A stretch of DNA of 64,000 nt from Candidatus Dormiibacterota bacterium (GCA_036844485.1 DAIUFS010000001.1:18068-82067); one strand, 5' to 3'. Positions 9,856 through 19,061 are shown, counted from the first letter of the stretch. Translations and numbers: made by a program. Notes: generated by a model from the letters alone, not told the origin.

Positions 9856-10413
9856 GTGTTTCCGGCCACCAGCAGGACCGACCCGCCACCCGGACGAACA
9901 TCTGCTTTGGATATCACGGACCTCATCCTGGCCCAGCACCACGAGCAGCGCCGCGCGTTCGCTCTGCTCGATCACATCGCGCGCGACGACGCCGATCGAC
10001 TCGGTTCCCTCGGGTGGCGATTGGAGGTGCAGCTCGAGGTGCACGCCGACGCCGAGGAGAGGTTCTTCTACCCACGCCTCCTCGCCATCGGACACAGCGG
10101 TGGGGAGAGCGTGGACAGCGAGGTCAAGGACGCCATCAAGGACCACAACGAGATTCGCGACGGCATCCGAAAGGCGCGCCAGCACAAGCCGGGCAGCGAC
10201 GAGTGGTGGGCGGCAGTGGGCGAGACCCGAAAGGCGAACGGTGATCACATGGCCGAGGAGGAGCGCGACGATCTCCCCGACTTCTGCCGGCGCGCCGACC
10301 TCCAGACCCGGCACGAGATCGCGCTGGAGTTCATCGCCTATGAGTCCCAGCACTTCGCCGGGATCGCGCTGCAGAACAGGGATCCCGACAAGTACGTCAG
10401 AGATGGTGGCTGA
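9856..10413 (+). CDS. Hemerythrin HHE cation-binding domain protein
   Basis: His/Glu/Asp-rich helical motifs (ILAQHHEQRRAF...HADAEERFFYP...IKDHNEIRD...HMAEEER). Divergent from the FIST gene. Confidence 0.6.
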   Translation: MFPATSRTDPPPGRTSALDITDLILAQHHEQRRAFALLDHIARDDADRLGSLGWRLEVQLEVHADAEERFFYPRLLAIGHSGGESVDSEVKDAIKDHNEIRDGIRKARQHKPGSDEWWAAVGETRKANGDHMAEEERDDLPDFCRRADLQTRHEIALEFIAYESQHFAGIALQNRDPDKYVRDGG

Positions 10414-10434
10414 CGACGACCGCCGAGCCGTCCT

Positions 10435-11031
10435 TCATCTGAGGCCGTGTGAGGAGACAGCGATCCGATCGAGCGCGGGCAGGTTGAACGCCTGATCGTA
10501 CGAGTACGCCGTGACACGCGCGGGGAGCACTTCGATGTAGCCCTCCGTGACGATGGGAAGGACGGCGACAACCTCCTCCATCATGTACTCGTCGAGCGCG
10601 GCCCAGCAGCGCGACTGAGCGTAGCCGGCAAGCGGCAGACACAGATCGATGCGGTCGTCCACGCTCGGCACCGATGACACTGTGTATCCCCACTCCCGCA
10701 GCTGATCTGGTGTCGCTCCGAGGAGGGAGAAGCCTATTCCTCCGGCTATTGCCGCGCTGGTGAAGAGCTCGGTGAAGAAGTCCGATCCGTTCGGATAATC
10801 GTTGCGCCACCCCCACCCGATCGCCATCGGCGTTCGACTCGTGGGATCGCCGATTGTTTGAAAGAATGCGGGCCCTGACACGTCATGCACGTCGAGGTTG
10901 ATTCCGATGGCGGCAAGGTCGTCGTGCACGATGGTGCCGAACGCGGCTGGATGGCTTCCCCCGACGATTGTGAGCGCAGTCAGATGCTGACACACCGGTG
11001 AATCGCAACGTCCGTAGCCTCGTGCCGTCAA
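10435..11031 (-). pseudogene. C-terminal fragment of an ABC-transporter substrate-binding protein (family 5, peptide/nickel type)
   Basis: 198-aa ORF resembling only the last third of SBP_bac_5 proteins. No in-frame N-terminal 300 aa or signal peptide exists upstream. Confidence 0.4.
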
Positions 11032-11411
11032 TGACTCTGCCGGCCGCCTCGATCCTGACCTCAGCCGTGAGGTGGATCCTTAGGCCGCTTGTCGCCCCCA
11101 TACCAGCCCTCTCGACGGCGACCTCCCCTCGCGTCGACACCACGACACTATCTGGTCGAGTGTGGCAGCAGCCTGAGGCACTTGCAACGCAATGGCGCCG
11201 TCGTCGGGGAGCGCCGCGACAACCACGCCGCAACCGAGGCGTAGGCACCTGCTTACCGCCGGTGCCTAGCCTTCGCGCCCATGCCGATGCGGATCCGATG
11301 CGACTGCGGCTACGAGTTCGTGACCGACGCGAGCGCAGCGCTGATGACCGCTCAGGAGGAACACATCGTGGAGCCGCAAGAAATCCGCGGGCACGTGGGG
11401 AGGCGAAGCTC

Positions 11412-11885
11412 ATGATCAGAAAGCTGGGACCCGCACTGGTGGTCGCCGCGTTCATCCTCGGCGGCGTCACTGCGCACGCCGCCCTCCCTCCAAGCCCAAC
11501 GGTGCCGCCAAGCAGCGTGCCGCTCGGCGTCCTCGCCGGCCAGACGTCGCTGAACGTCCTCTCCGTCGACGCGTTCACCAGGGCCATCAATCAAGCGCAC
11601 GGCACCAATGCCGTCCTCACGCGGAACCACTTCACCGACGGCCAGGCGACGGGCTGGCACACTCATCCCGGGCCCAACCTCGTGCTCGTCGTCTCCGGAA
11701 GCCTGACGCTGACCGACCAGCACTGCAACGTGACCACGTACGGTTCTGGGCAGGGCTTCGCAACCGGCTTGGACGTTCATGAGGCGGTCGCGAGCGGAGC
11801 GACCGACTTCTACTCCCTGTACTTCCTTCCGGCGAGTGCTGACGTGCTGCGCACCAACGCCGACCCGCCGGTCTGCGCCAGATAG
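11412..11885 (+). CDS. Secreted cupin-domain protein
   Basis: Signal peptide MIRKLGPALVVAAFILGGVTAHA, then a cupin-like core (GWHTHPGPNLVLVVSGSLTL). Confidence 0.55.
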   Translation: MIRKLGPALVVAAFILGGVTAHAALPPSPTVPPSSVPLGVLAGQTSLNVLSVDAFTRAINQAHGTNAVLTRNHFTDGQATGWHTHPGPNLVLVVSGSLTLTDQHCNVTTYGSGQGFATGLDVHEAVASGATDFYSLYFLPASADVLRTNADPPVCAR

Positions 11886-11938
11886 AGACACACTCTGAGC
11901 TCCGACCGTGAGGCGGCGGAGCGGGGATTTTAAAGGAG

Positions 11939-11978
11939 TGGGGATCGACCCGACGGCCTCGGGGCCGATCGATCCCCA
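11939..11978 (+). terminator. Perfect 10-bp inverted repeat hairpin (TGGGGATCGA...TCGATCCCCA) downstream of the cupin gene
   Basis: Seen directly in the sequence. The 20-nt loop is itself self-complementary (CCCGA/TCGGG, GGCC/GGCC) and there is no U-tract. Confidence 0.3.
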
Positions 11979-12160
11979 TACCCGAGTTCTGCTGAGCCGA
12001 TCACCTGAGCCCAAGCGATCGCTCGAGCTCCGCAACCGTGTCTCGCAAATGATTAGACGTGTAGTCGTCGCGAAACTAATCGGCGTTCTCGGCGTCGGCT
12101 CGGCCTGCAATACACCGTACCGCCCGATGATTTACGGACCGTGCGGCCGTCTCATCTGTA

Positions 12161-12445
12161 GTGGACGAGCAGAGCACGATCAGGTTCGCCATCTGGGGCC
12201 CGATCGCGCGTCCTGACCTCCCCGGTCTCTGCGAGCGGGTCTGCGGCCTGCTCGAGAGCAGCGGCGCGATGGTCGCCGAGTGCGATGTCTGCGGCGTCGG
12301 CACCGACGCCGTGACCGTCGACGCCCTCGCTCGCCTTCAGCTCGCCGCCCACCGGCGCGGTTGTCAGGTCAGGCTGCGGGGGGCCTCGGAGGATCTGCGC
12401 GATCTGGTCGCCTTCATGGGGCTGGAGGACGTCCTGCCGTACTGA
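12161..12445 (+). CDS. STAS-domain protein (anti-sigma-factor antagonist-like)
   Basis: 94 aa; the fold pattern IRFAIWGPIARPDLPGLCERV...VDALARLQLAAHRRGCQVRLRGASEDLRDLVAFMGL is typical of SpoIIAA/STAS. Confidence 0.5.
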   Translation: MDEQSTIRFAIWGPIARPDLPGLCERVCGLLESSGAMVAECDVCGVGTDAVTVDALARLQLAAHRRGCQVRLRGASEDLRDLVAFMGLEDVLPY

Positions 12446-12448
12446 GGG

Positions 12449-13459
12449 CTACGGGTCGAGGTGAGCCGGCAGGCCAAAGAGCGGGAAGATGCGCCCGGTA
12501 TCGAGGAAGAAGGTGAGCTCGGCGATCCCGCCGTCCCTGACCTCGAGAACCTGCAGCGCCCATGGGTCAAACCCGCTGCCCGAGGCGCTCGGCTTGTACT
12601 GACCGAACGCAAAGCTCCCGTTGGCCGCGACCGGCACCAGGCGTGAACCGCGGCAGCCGATGCCGGGGCCGAACCACCACGCCAGAACGTCATCGCGGCC
12701 GGACAGCCACATGTCATACGGCGGCATCGACTGGGTGGCGTCCGTCCGGATCAGCGACACCAGAGCGTCGAGGTCGTAGCGCTGGAAGGCGTCGACGTAG
12801 CAGGCGAGGAGCTCGCGCTGCGTCTCATCGGTCGGAGACGCCGTGTCATCCGGGCTGAGCCCGCTCGCTTCCAGCGTCGCGCGAGCACGCTGCAGCGCGC
12901 TGTTGACGGAGGCGATGGAGGTCTCGAGGAGCTCCGCCACCTCAGTGGCCTTCCAGCGCAGCACCTCGCACAGGATCAGGACCGCCCGTTGCCGCGGAGG
13001 GAGGTGCTGGAGCGCCGCCACGAACGCCAGCCTGATCGTCTCGTGTGCCACCGCCACATCCGCGGGGTCGGACTCACCGGCCAGAGCGCCGTCCGGGATG
13101 GGGTGGATCCAGGTGACCTCAGGGCGCGAGTTGAGGTTGGCTTCGATCGGCTCCTGGGCCGGGCCGAAGTCCATCGGCAGGGCGCGGCGTTCCCGTCCCT
13201 TGAGCGTGTCAAGACAGACATTGGTAGCGATCCGGTACAGCCACGACCGCAATGCGGCACGGCCTTCGAAACGCTCGAAGCCCCGCCACGCGCGCAGCAG
13301 CGTCTCCTGCACCGCATCCTCCGCCTCGAACGGCGACCCGAGCATGCGGTAGCAGTACCCGGTCAGGGCCCTCCGATGCTGCTCGAGCTGGTCCTCGAGC
13401 TCTCCGGAGTCGACGGCGACGGATGCCTCTTGCACGGCGCTCATGCTACGCCCGCCCAT
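12449..13459 (-). CDS. ECF RNA polymerase sigma factor with SnoaL-like C-terminal extension (ECF41/SigJ-like)
   Basis: Sigma-2 region (QETLLRAWRGFERFEGRAALRSWLYRIATNVCLD), sigma-4 region, and a ~150-aa NTF2-like tail. Confidence 0.85.
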   Translation of the reverse strand: MGGRSMSAVQEASVAVDSGELEDQLEQHRRALTGYCYRMLGSPFEAEDAVQETLLRAWRGFERFEGRAALRSWLYRIATNVCLDTLKGRERRALPMDFGPAQEPIEANLNSRPEVTWIHPIPDGALAGESDPADVAVAHETIRLAFVAALQHLPPRQRAVLILCEVLRWKATEVAELLETSIASVNSALQRARATLEASGLSPDDTASPTDETQRELLACYVDAFQRYDLDALVSLIRTDATQSMPPYDMWLSGRDDVLAWWFGPGIGCRGSRLVPVAANGSFAFGQYKPSASGSGFDPWALQVLEVRDGGIAELTFFLDTGRIFPLFGLPAHLDP

Positions 13460-13612
13460 GGGCCGGCCGCCCCACGGGGGGCGCCTCCGCTCTGTGAGAG
13501 TCGTGTCATCCCGAGTGCTCCTCGATCGCGTTGAGTCATGGGGTTGGACACCGGTCGAGGAGAAAACTCATCGGTGGCGGTGGCCGGGCTCCAGCCCTAC
13601 CCTTGGTTGCCC

Positions 13613-13981
13613 TCAGTGCTCCCGCGCCGCCAGGAATGGCTTGGGGTCGAACACCAGGGTCTCGCTCTGGATCTTGCCAGCGGCCAGCGTGAAGTGGTCA
13701 GCGCAGATGGCGGCGGTGCCGTCGAGCGTGAACAGGTTGTACAGGATCAGGACGCTGTTGTCGTCGCCGCCCCTCGTTGCCGCGACCAACTCCCACCGCG
13801 GCGCGATGCGCTCGGCGAACGCAGTCAACATGGAGATGAAGTTGGCCACCGATGTGATGTCCTGCTGCGGGCTGTGGAACTCAACGTCGTCGGCCAGGAA
13901 GGCTGCCGCCGTGTCGAAGTCCTTGCTCGTCCAGGCGTCCTGGTAGGCGGACACGATCTCCAGGGCGGAGCGTGGGGTCAT
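13613..13981 (-). CDS. SnoaL-like / NTF2-fold protein
   Basis: 122 aa, IVSAYQDAWTSKDFDTAAAFLADDVEFHSP, typical of the SnoaL_2 polyketide-cyclase-like family. Confidence 0.6.
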   Translation of the reverse strand: MTPRSALEIVSAYQDAWTSKDFDTAAAFLADDVEFHSPQQDITSVANFISMLTAFAERIAPRWELVAATRGGDDNSVLILYNLFTLDGTAAICADHFTLAAGKIQSETLVFDPKPFLAAREH

Positions 13982-14121
13982 GGCGCTCTCCTATCCAAGG
14001 CTCTGCACCACCCGAAGCCGCCCGGCCTCCCGTGGCATCCCTTCCCGAGATGTCACTAGTAGCACAGAGGTACCGGACGGCGCCACGGCAGCCGGCCCCG
14101 GTGGCCGCCAGGGCGGTGCTG

Positions 14122-14712
14122 CTACGGCGCCGTCAGCGCCGGGCCCGGACTCCGTCTGGCGCGACGGAAGGCGTTGACGCGAGCGCGGTTCTGACACCTG
14201 ACGTCACAGAAGCGCTTCTGTCCGCTGGGTGATGCGTCGACGTAGGCATCCGCGCACCTCACACTGGAGCACACGCCAAGGCGGCTGCTGTCCCCGCGCT
14301 CCGTGAGGTGGCGGCGAAGCGCCAGCGCGCAGCTGGCGAGCAGCCCGTCCCACGCAGCATGCACCACCCAGGCGTCCGTCAGCCGCCCCGCGAGGTGCGC
14401 CAGCCGGGGAGACGGCATGGTTTGCGCGAGCAGCGAATTGACATGCGCAGCCGCCTCCTGGTCGCTGCTCGCAGAGAAGACGGCGTACAGGGCGTCGGCC
14501 ACGCTCACCAGGTCGTCGCGCTCCAGCTCGGGCCCGAACTGAGTGGGTTCGAGCCCGTGAGCCGCGGCGACCTGATCGAATCGCGGGTAGGGCTGGTGCT
14601 CCTCTCCAGCAGTGTGTCGCGCAACTGTGCCCCATCCGTTGACGAGGTCCACGGCGAAGCCCAAGGGGACCCTACGGAGCTCGGTCAGGCGAGCAGATGC
14701 GGTCTTGGGCAT
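14122..14712 (-). CDS. CGNR zinc-finger (ABATE domain) putative regulator
   Basis: C-terminal LGVCSSVRCADAYVDASPSGQKRFCDVRCQNRARVNAFR, the CGNR zinc-ribbon signature. Confidence 0.75.
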   Translation of the reverse strand: MPKTASARLTELRRVPLGFAVDLVNGWGTVARHTAGEEHQPYPRFDQVAAAHGLEPTQFGPELERDDLVSVADALYAVFSASSDQEAAAHVNSLLAQTMPSPRLAHLAGRLTDAWVVHAAWDGLLASCALALRRHLTERGDSSRLGVCSSVRCADAYVDASPSGQKRFCDVRCQNRARVNAFRRARRSPGPALTAP

Positions 14713-15089
14713 GCAACCAGTGTAACGTGCAGAGACGCCTTTGCGCGTTGCATTGTCTGGCGGGTTGGTGTAACGTACACAAGACTACCTACCAGTTACC
14801 CCGAGAGGAACATGTTGATGCCGAGAGCCGACGGACCACGCCACCCGACGCTGCGGAGTCGCCTCGCTCCCTTCCTACCCCGACACCCCCCTTGCCGCAT
14901 CTACTACCGCGAGGGGGAGCCGCTGCCTCCATCCATTCTCAACCCGCACATTCGCCGCGAGGCTCGCTGATTCGTCGAGCTCGGCCTTGCACCGAACGTA
15001 GCAGGCGCAGAGGGCTGGATCGGTCATCATCATCCCCTCGGCACACGTCCGGGCAACTGTGATCACGAATCGCCTCAGCGATGGGGCGT

Positions 15090-16004
15090 TCACCGGTCAT
15101 CTCCGACGGCCACCGGATGAGCGGCCGATTGAGTTCTTCTGTTCAGCAGATCGGCCAGCGTCGTCGAGGGGAGGTCCGGAAAGGCTTCGCGCACAGCTGT
15201 CGAGTCGAAGCGCAGATCGCTGCTGTCCATGACCAGCGCCGCCCGTGCCTGGCGCGCCAGCTCGGGCTTGACCGGCCCCAGCACCATCGCCATGCCACGC
15301 AGCACGGGTCGAGGAACATGCCGCGGGCCGCCGTTCCGTCCTGAAGCCTTCTGAACGGCCGCTGCGAGCTGGTTGAGAGTGAGGCCTTGCGCGCCGCCGA
15401 TCTCAACTGTCTCGCCGCGTGTCGAACGGTCCGTGACGATGTGCTCGAGCAGTGCCGCGACGTCGTCGGCGCTGATGAAGCTGATCGGGTTGTCGCCGCG
15501 TCCGAACACCAGCGGCCGTCCCGACGCGCCGGCAGTCGTCTGCATCAGCCCGACCCATGTCTCCAGGAACGGATTGGCCCGGACGATGGTCCATGGAACT
15601 CCACTGGCGCGGAGGTGCTGCTCGGCGGCATGCTTCATCCGAAACAGCTCCATGGGACTGTTGGCCGACGCCCCGATCACCGACATGAGCACGACCGCCG
15701 CGTTGACCGCGCCGGCTCCATCGATGAGGTTGGCGTTGCCGTCGCGGTCCACCGATACCGGTGAGACGCCGCCGGGACCGGCAAATCCGTGGATCGTTGA
15801 GACGACGGTTTCCACGCCGGTCATCGCTTGCGTGAGGCTTGCCCGCACGCGCACGTCACCCTCGGCGACCTCGAGATTGTCGCGGTCGCGTTGAGGCACC
15901 CGGGAGGCATCCCTGGTGAGAATGCGCACCCGCAATCCATGATTCAGCAGGCGGTCGACGAGCCGGCTGCCCAGGGTTCCTGTACCGCCGGCGACGAGGA
16001 TCAT
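15090..16004 (-). CDS. NmrA-like NAD(P)H-binding SDR-family protein
   Basis: MILVAGGTGTLGSRLVDRLL, a Rossmann-type N-terminus. Confidence 0.8.
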   Translation of the reverse strand: MILVAGGTGTLGSRLVDRLLNHGLRVRILTRDASRVPQRDRDNLEVAEGDVRVRASLTQAMTGVETVVSTIHGFAGPGGVSPVSVDRDGNANLIDGAGAVNAAVVLMSVIGASANSPMELFRMKHAAEQHLRASGVPWTIVRANPFLETWVGLMQTTAGASGRPLVFGRGDNPISFISADDVAALLEHIVTDRSTRGETVEIGGAQGLTLNQLAAAVQKASGRNGGPRHVPRPVLRGMAMVLGPVKPELARQARAALVMDSSDLRFDSTAVREAFPDLPSTTLADLLNRRTQSAAHPVAVGDDR

Positions 16005-16474
16005 CGCGTGTCACCGTGGCTGCGTGCTGTGGAAGCGGTCCCCGCATTTGGACCTGCGGCCACTGCTCGACGGACCGCGTCATCGACACCACCGCCACCT
16101 TCCTCGACCGGCTCGAGGTAGAAGCGAGCCCAGGTGGCCACTCCGTGCTCGACCCCGAAGATCACGACGCCGCGCATGACGTGGGCAGACCCATCGCGGC
16201 GGGTCCCGCGCATCTCCCATTCGGACCACACCTCGTCGTCGTTGGCGATCCACCGCACCTCGGCGACGATGTCGGGCACGGCCGCGAAGATCTGCTCCCA
16301 GTTCTTGCGCACCTGGGCACGGCCCTGGAAACCGCGCGCCGGGTGCACCGGCGTGTCGTTGCGGTAGTCGAGGGCGAAGCAGCCGGCGAGAGCCTCCAGG
16401 TCGTGCGCGTTGGTGGCCTGGCGGAGACGCTCGATCATCGCCCCCGGCCCCTCTGCGTCGGTCAGGTTCTCCAT
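16001..16474 (-). CDS. SnoaL-like/NTF2-like (DUF4440-type) protein
   Basis: 157 aa. It overlaps the NmrA-like gene by 4 bp (ATGA), consistent with an operon. Confidence 0.55.
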   Translation of the reverse strand: MENLTDAEGPGAMIERLRQATNAHDLEALAGCFALDYRNDTPVHPARGFQGRAQVRKNWEQIFAAVPDIVAEVRWIANDDEVWSEWEMRGTRRDGSAHVMRGVVIFGVEHGVATWARFYLEPVEEGGGGVDDAVRRAVAAGPNAGTASTARSHGDTR

Positions 16475-16528
16475 GGCGGCCGCCTCCCAGACTTATTTGC
16501 TACAGTGGTAAGTAACGGATACAGCACT

Positions 16529-17212
16529 ATGGAACGAAAATCCACGGATGTCAAGCCCAAGCGCTCGTATGACTCCAGCCGGCGCCGGCAGCAGGCCCGT
16601 CGCGCCTGGGGCACGGTGCTCGACACTGCCCAGCGGTTGCTCCTGACCAACGGCTTCTCGGCAACGACGATCGCCTCCATCGCCGAGGAGGCGGACGTGT
16701 CAGTGGAAACCATCTACAAGGCGTTCGGAGGCAAGCGTGGTCTCGTCCGGGCGATTTGGGACCAGGGACTGGACGGCGCCGGACCGACTCCGGCGTGGCG
16801 CCGCTCGGACGAGATGCAGATGCTCGAGGCGGATCCTCGCCAGGTGATCGAGAGCTGGGGAACCCTCGCCGCCGAGGTGGCGCCGCGCGCCATTCCCATT
16901 CTCCTGCTCATTCATGCTGCGGCAGCCACCGATCCCGAGATGGCGGCGCTGCAGCAGGAGGTGGACGACGCGCGCCTCGCTCGCATGGAGAACAACGCTC
17001 GACACCTGTACGACCGCGGTGCTTTCCGTCACGACATCACGCTCGAGCACGCCCGCGACGTCATGTGGTCCTACAGCTCACCGGAGCTGTATGAGCTGCT
17101 CGTGCTGCGCCGCCGCTGGCCGCTCGAGCGCTACAGCCGCTTCATCGCGGATGGCATGATCGGCTCGCTTCTCCCTGGACCGGACGAAGCTCCTCTGGCC
17201 GAGCCACAGTAG
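16529..17212 (+). CDS. TetR-family transcriptional regulator
   Basis: N-terminal HTH RRAWGTVLDTAQRLLLTNGFSATTIASIAEEADVSVETIYKAF. It is divergent from the NmrA/SnoaL operon. Only the 3' part of ORF 16016..17212 is real. Confidence 0.85.
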   Translation: MERKSTDVKPKRSYDSSRRRQQARRAWGTVLDTAQRLLLTNGFSATTIASIAEEADVSVETIYKAFGGKRGLVRAIWDQGLDGAGPTPAWRRSDEMQMLEADPRQVIESWGTLAAEVAPRAIPILLLIHAAAATDPEMAALQQEVDDARLARMENNARHLYDRGAFRHDITLEHARDVMWSYSSPELYELLVLRRRWPLERYSRFIADGMIGSLLPGPDEAPLAEPQ

Positions 17213-17339
17213 TCGGCCGAACACGGGGGGTCGGAGACCATGGCACGAACGCCGTTGATGTCATCGCTGCTTCACCTCATCGGAGATGGCCACGACGCCG
17301 AGGCACGAGGGATCTCGATTGAACAGCTGCGGGACGAAC

Positions 17340-17820
17340 ATCGCCGGGGGCTCAACCGGCGGGGCTCGGCTACGGCACCAACACCAAGATGAACGTGCAG
17401 TTCACCTCGCGTTTCTGGAACGGCGCGGGCGCCTGGCCGGGGATCTCCGACGGCAGCTTGGGCACGCAAATAGTCCTGCCCCAACCGTACATGACGACCA
17501 GTGATTCCAGTCGCGTCACCGCATACGCACGGCAGTACCTCCAGCTGCTCGAGAATGTCCTGGCCCGGGGCGACCAAGCAGTGGAACGGACAGGCCAGCA
17601 TCAGCACGCCGTGGAACGATCCCAACCTGCTGGGCAGCTATGCGTGTTGGAAGGTCGGTCAGTACACGGGGTTCAGCGGCTACGAAGGCGTGCGGCAGGG
17701 CAACGTCCACTTCGCCGGCGAGCACTGCTCGATCAACTTCCAGGGCTTCATGGACGGAGGTGCGGAGGAGGGCGTCCGAGCCGCCAACGAGATCCTCACC
17801 GACAGTCGCATTCCTCTATA
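17340..17820 (+). pseudogene. Remnant of a flavin amine oxidase gene (C-terminal ~160 aa, frameshifted)
   Basis: The two frames carry YGTNTKMNVQFTSRFWNG and WNDPNLLGSYACW...GNVHFAGEHCSINFQGFMDGGAEEGVRAANEIL, the classic amine-oxidase C-terminal FAD-binding motif. The N-terminal 300 aa are missing. Confidence 0.55.
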
Positions 17821-17894
17821 GAGGCGGCAGTCTGATCGCACTCCGGCGTTTCACACGGGCTCGCGAGGCCGGCACGGTCAGGCGGTGACCGTTC

Positions 17895-18230
17895 TCACAT
17901 ATCGCAGCCGTCCCCATCACTGGGGGCGCCGAAGTTGTCGGAGTCACCGTCGCCGCCGCCGTGCTGCGGGATGACACACGCGGTCGCTCGTGGTGCGGGT
18001 GGCCGCGTCGGCGCGGCGGTGGGTCGCGGTGTCGGCGCCGCCGTGGGCGGTGGTGTCGGCAGCGGGGTCGGCGCGACCGTGGGCTCCGGTGTCGCTGTGG
18101 TGGGCATGGCTGTTGCCGTTGCGGGCGCTGAGGGGCTGGAAGTGACTCCGGCCGACACTGCGTTTCCGCACGCGGTCAGAACCAGGAATGAGCCGACTGC
18201 GGCCAGGCGGATGATGGTGGAGACGCGCAT
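17895..18230 (-). CDS. Small Pro/Thr/Ala-rich lipoprotein
   Basis: Signal peptide with lipobox LVLTAC, a low-complexity PT-rich linker, and a C-terminal Asp/Gly-rich tail. Confidence 0.45.
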   Translation of the reverse strand: MRVSTIIRLAAVGSFLVLTACGNAVSAGVTSSPSAPATATAMPTTATPEPTVAPTPLPTPPPTAAPTPRPTAAPTRPPAPRATACVIPQHGGGDGDSDNFGAPSDGDGCDM

Positions 18231-18347
18231 CTCGATCCTCTCGTTATTGGTGTTGCGGTGTGATGGAATCGAGTGTCCTGGTGATCACGGTGGCCTCCGC
18301 AACGTCCAACAGTCTTAAGACACGGGCACCTCTAGACTGGGCGGATT

Positions 18348-19061
18348 GTGTTCCGGCCTCTGGCGAAGCTCGACGCCATGGATCGACGGCTGTTCGACCG
18401 GCTCACGCGCCGCGACGGCGGGCTCGTCGATCAGGTCCTCAAACCTGTCAGCACCAGCGCCAACCAATCGGGTCTCTGGCTGGCGATCGCCGCAGCCATG
18501 GCGCTGACCGGCGGAGAGCTCAACCGGCGCGCCGCGCTGCGTGGCGTGGTGTCGATCTCGGTTACGTCGGCGCTGGTGAACCTGCCATTGAAATACCTGG
18601 CGCGACGCCGTCGTCCATCAGCACGGCGGTGTGATGCACCGAGGTCGATCCGCATGCCCAAGAGCTCGTCATTTCCGTCCGGCCACGCCGCATCGGCATT
18701 CGCGTTCGCGACCGGGGCCGGACTCGAACAACCACTCTGGGCGATTCCGACTATCCCGCTGGCCGCGGCCGTCGCGTACTCTCGGGTCGGGCTCAGGGTG
18801 CACTATCCCTTCGATGTGGTTGCGGGTGCGGCGATCGGTTCTGGCATCGCCGTGGCCACCGGTCGGTTGACCCGCGTCGCCGAGGGATGGTTGGGCTCGC
18901 GTCCGTCCGCTCCCGAGTCCGCCTGGACCGGCCCGCGCGAGCCCATCCTCGTAGTCAGCCGGGCGGCCATGGCCGCTGTCCCTATGAGCCGGCAGCGACG
19001 TTCACAAGCACGCTCTGCCGCGCACTCTCGCGCGCCGCGTCGAGCACCTCGAGATCCCTGA
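18348..19061 (+). CDS. PAP2-family phosphatase (membrane)
   Basis: Motifs KSSSFPSGHAASAFAFA and SRVGLRVHYPFDVVAGAAIG. Confidence 0.8.
   Translation: MFRPLAKLDAMDRRLFDRLTRRDGGLVDQVLKPVSTSANQSGLWLAIAAAMALTGGELNRRAALRGVVSISVTSALVNLPLKYLARRRRPSARRCDAPRSIRMPKSSSFPSGHAASAFAFATGAGLEQPLWAIPTIPLAAAVAYSRVGLRVHYPFDVVAGAAIGSGIAVATGRLTRVAEGWLGSRPSAPESAWTGPREPILVVSRAAMAAVPMSRQRRSQARSAAHSRAPRRAPRDP

Noticed and set aside
10998-11411. N-terminal 138 aa of ORF 10998..11885, before the cupin signal peptide
   Set aside because: It is Arg-rich, overlaps the SBP fragment on the opposite strand, and the signal peptide MIRKLGPALVVAAF marks the true start at 11412.
16016-16528. 5' part of the 398-aa ORF 16016..17212, upstream of the TetR gene
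   Set aside because: It is antisense to the SnoaL-like gene 16001..16474 and has no motif. The TetR HTH begins shortly after the internal ATG at 16529, which is preceded by an intergenic AT-richer stretch.
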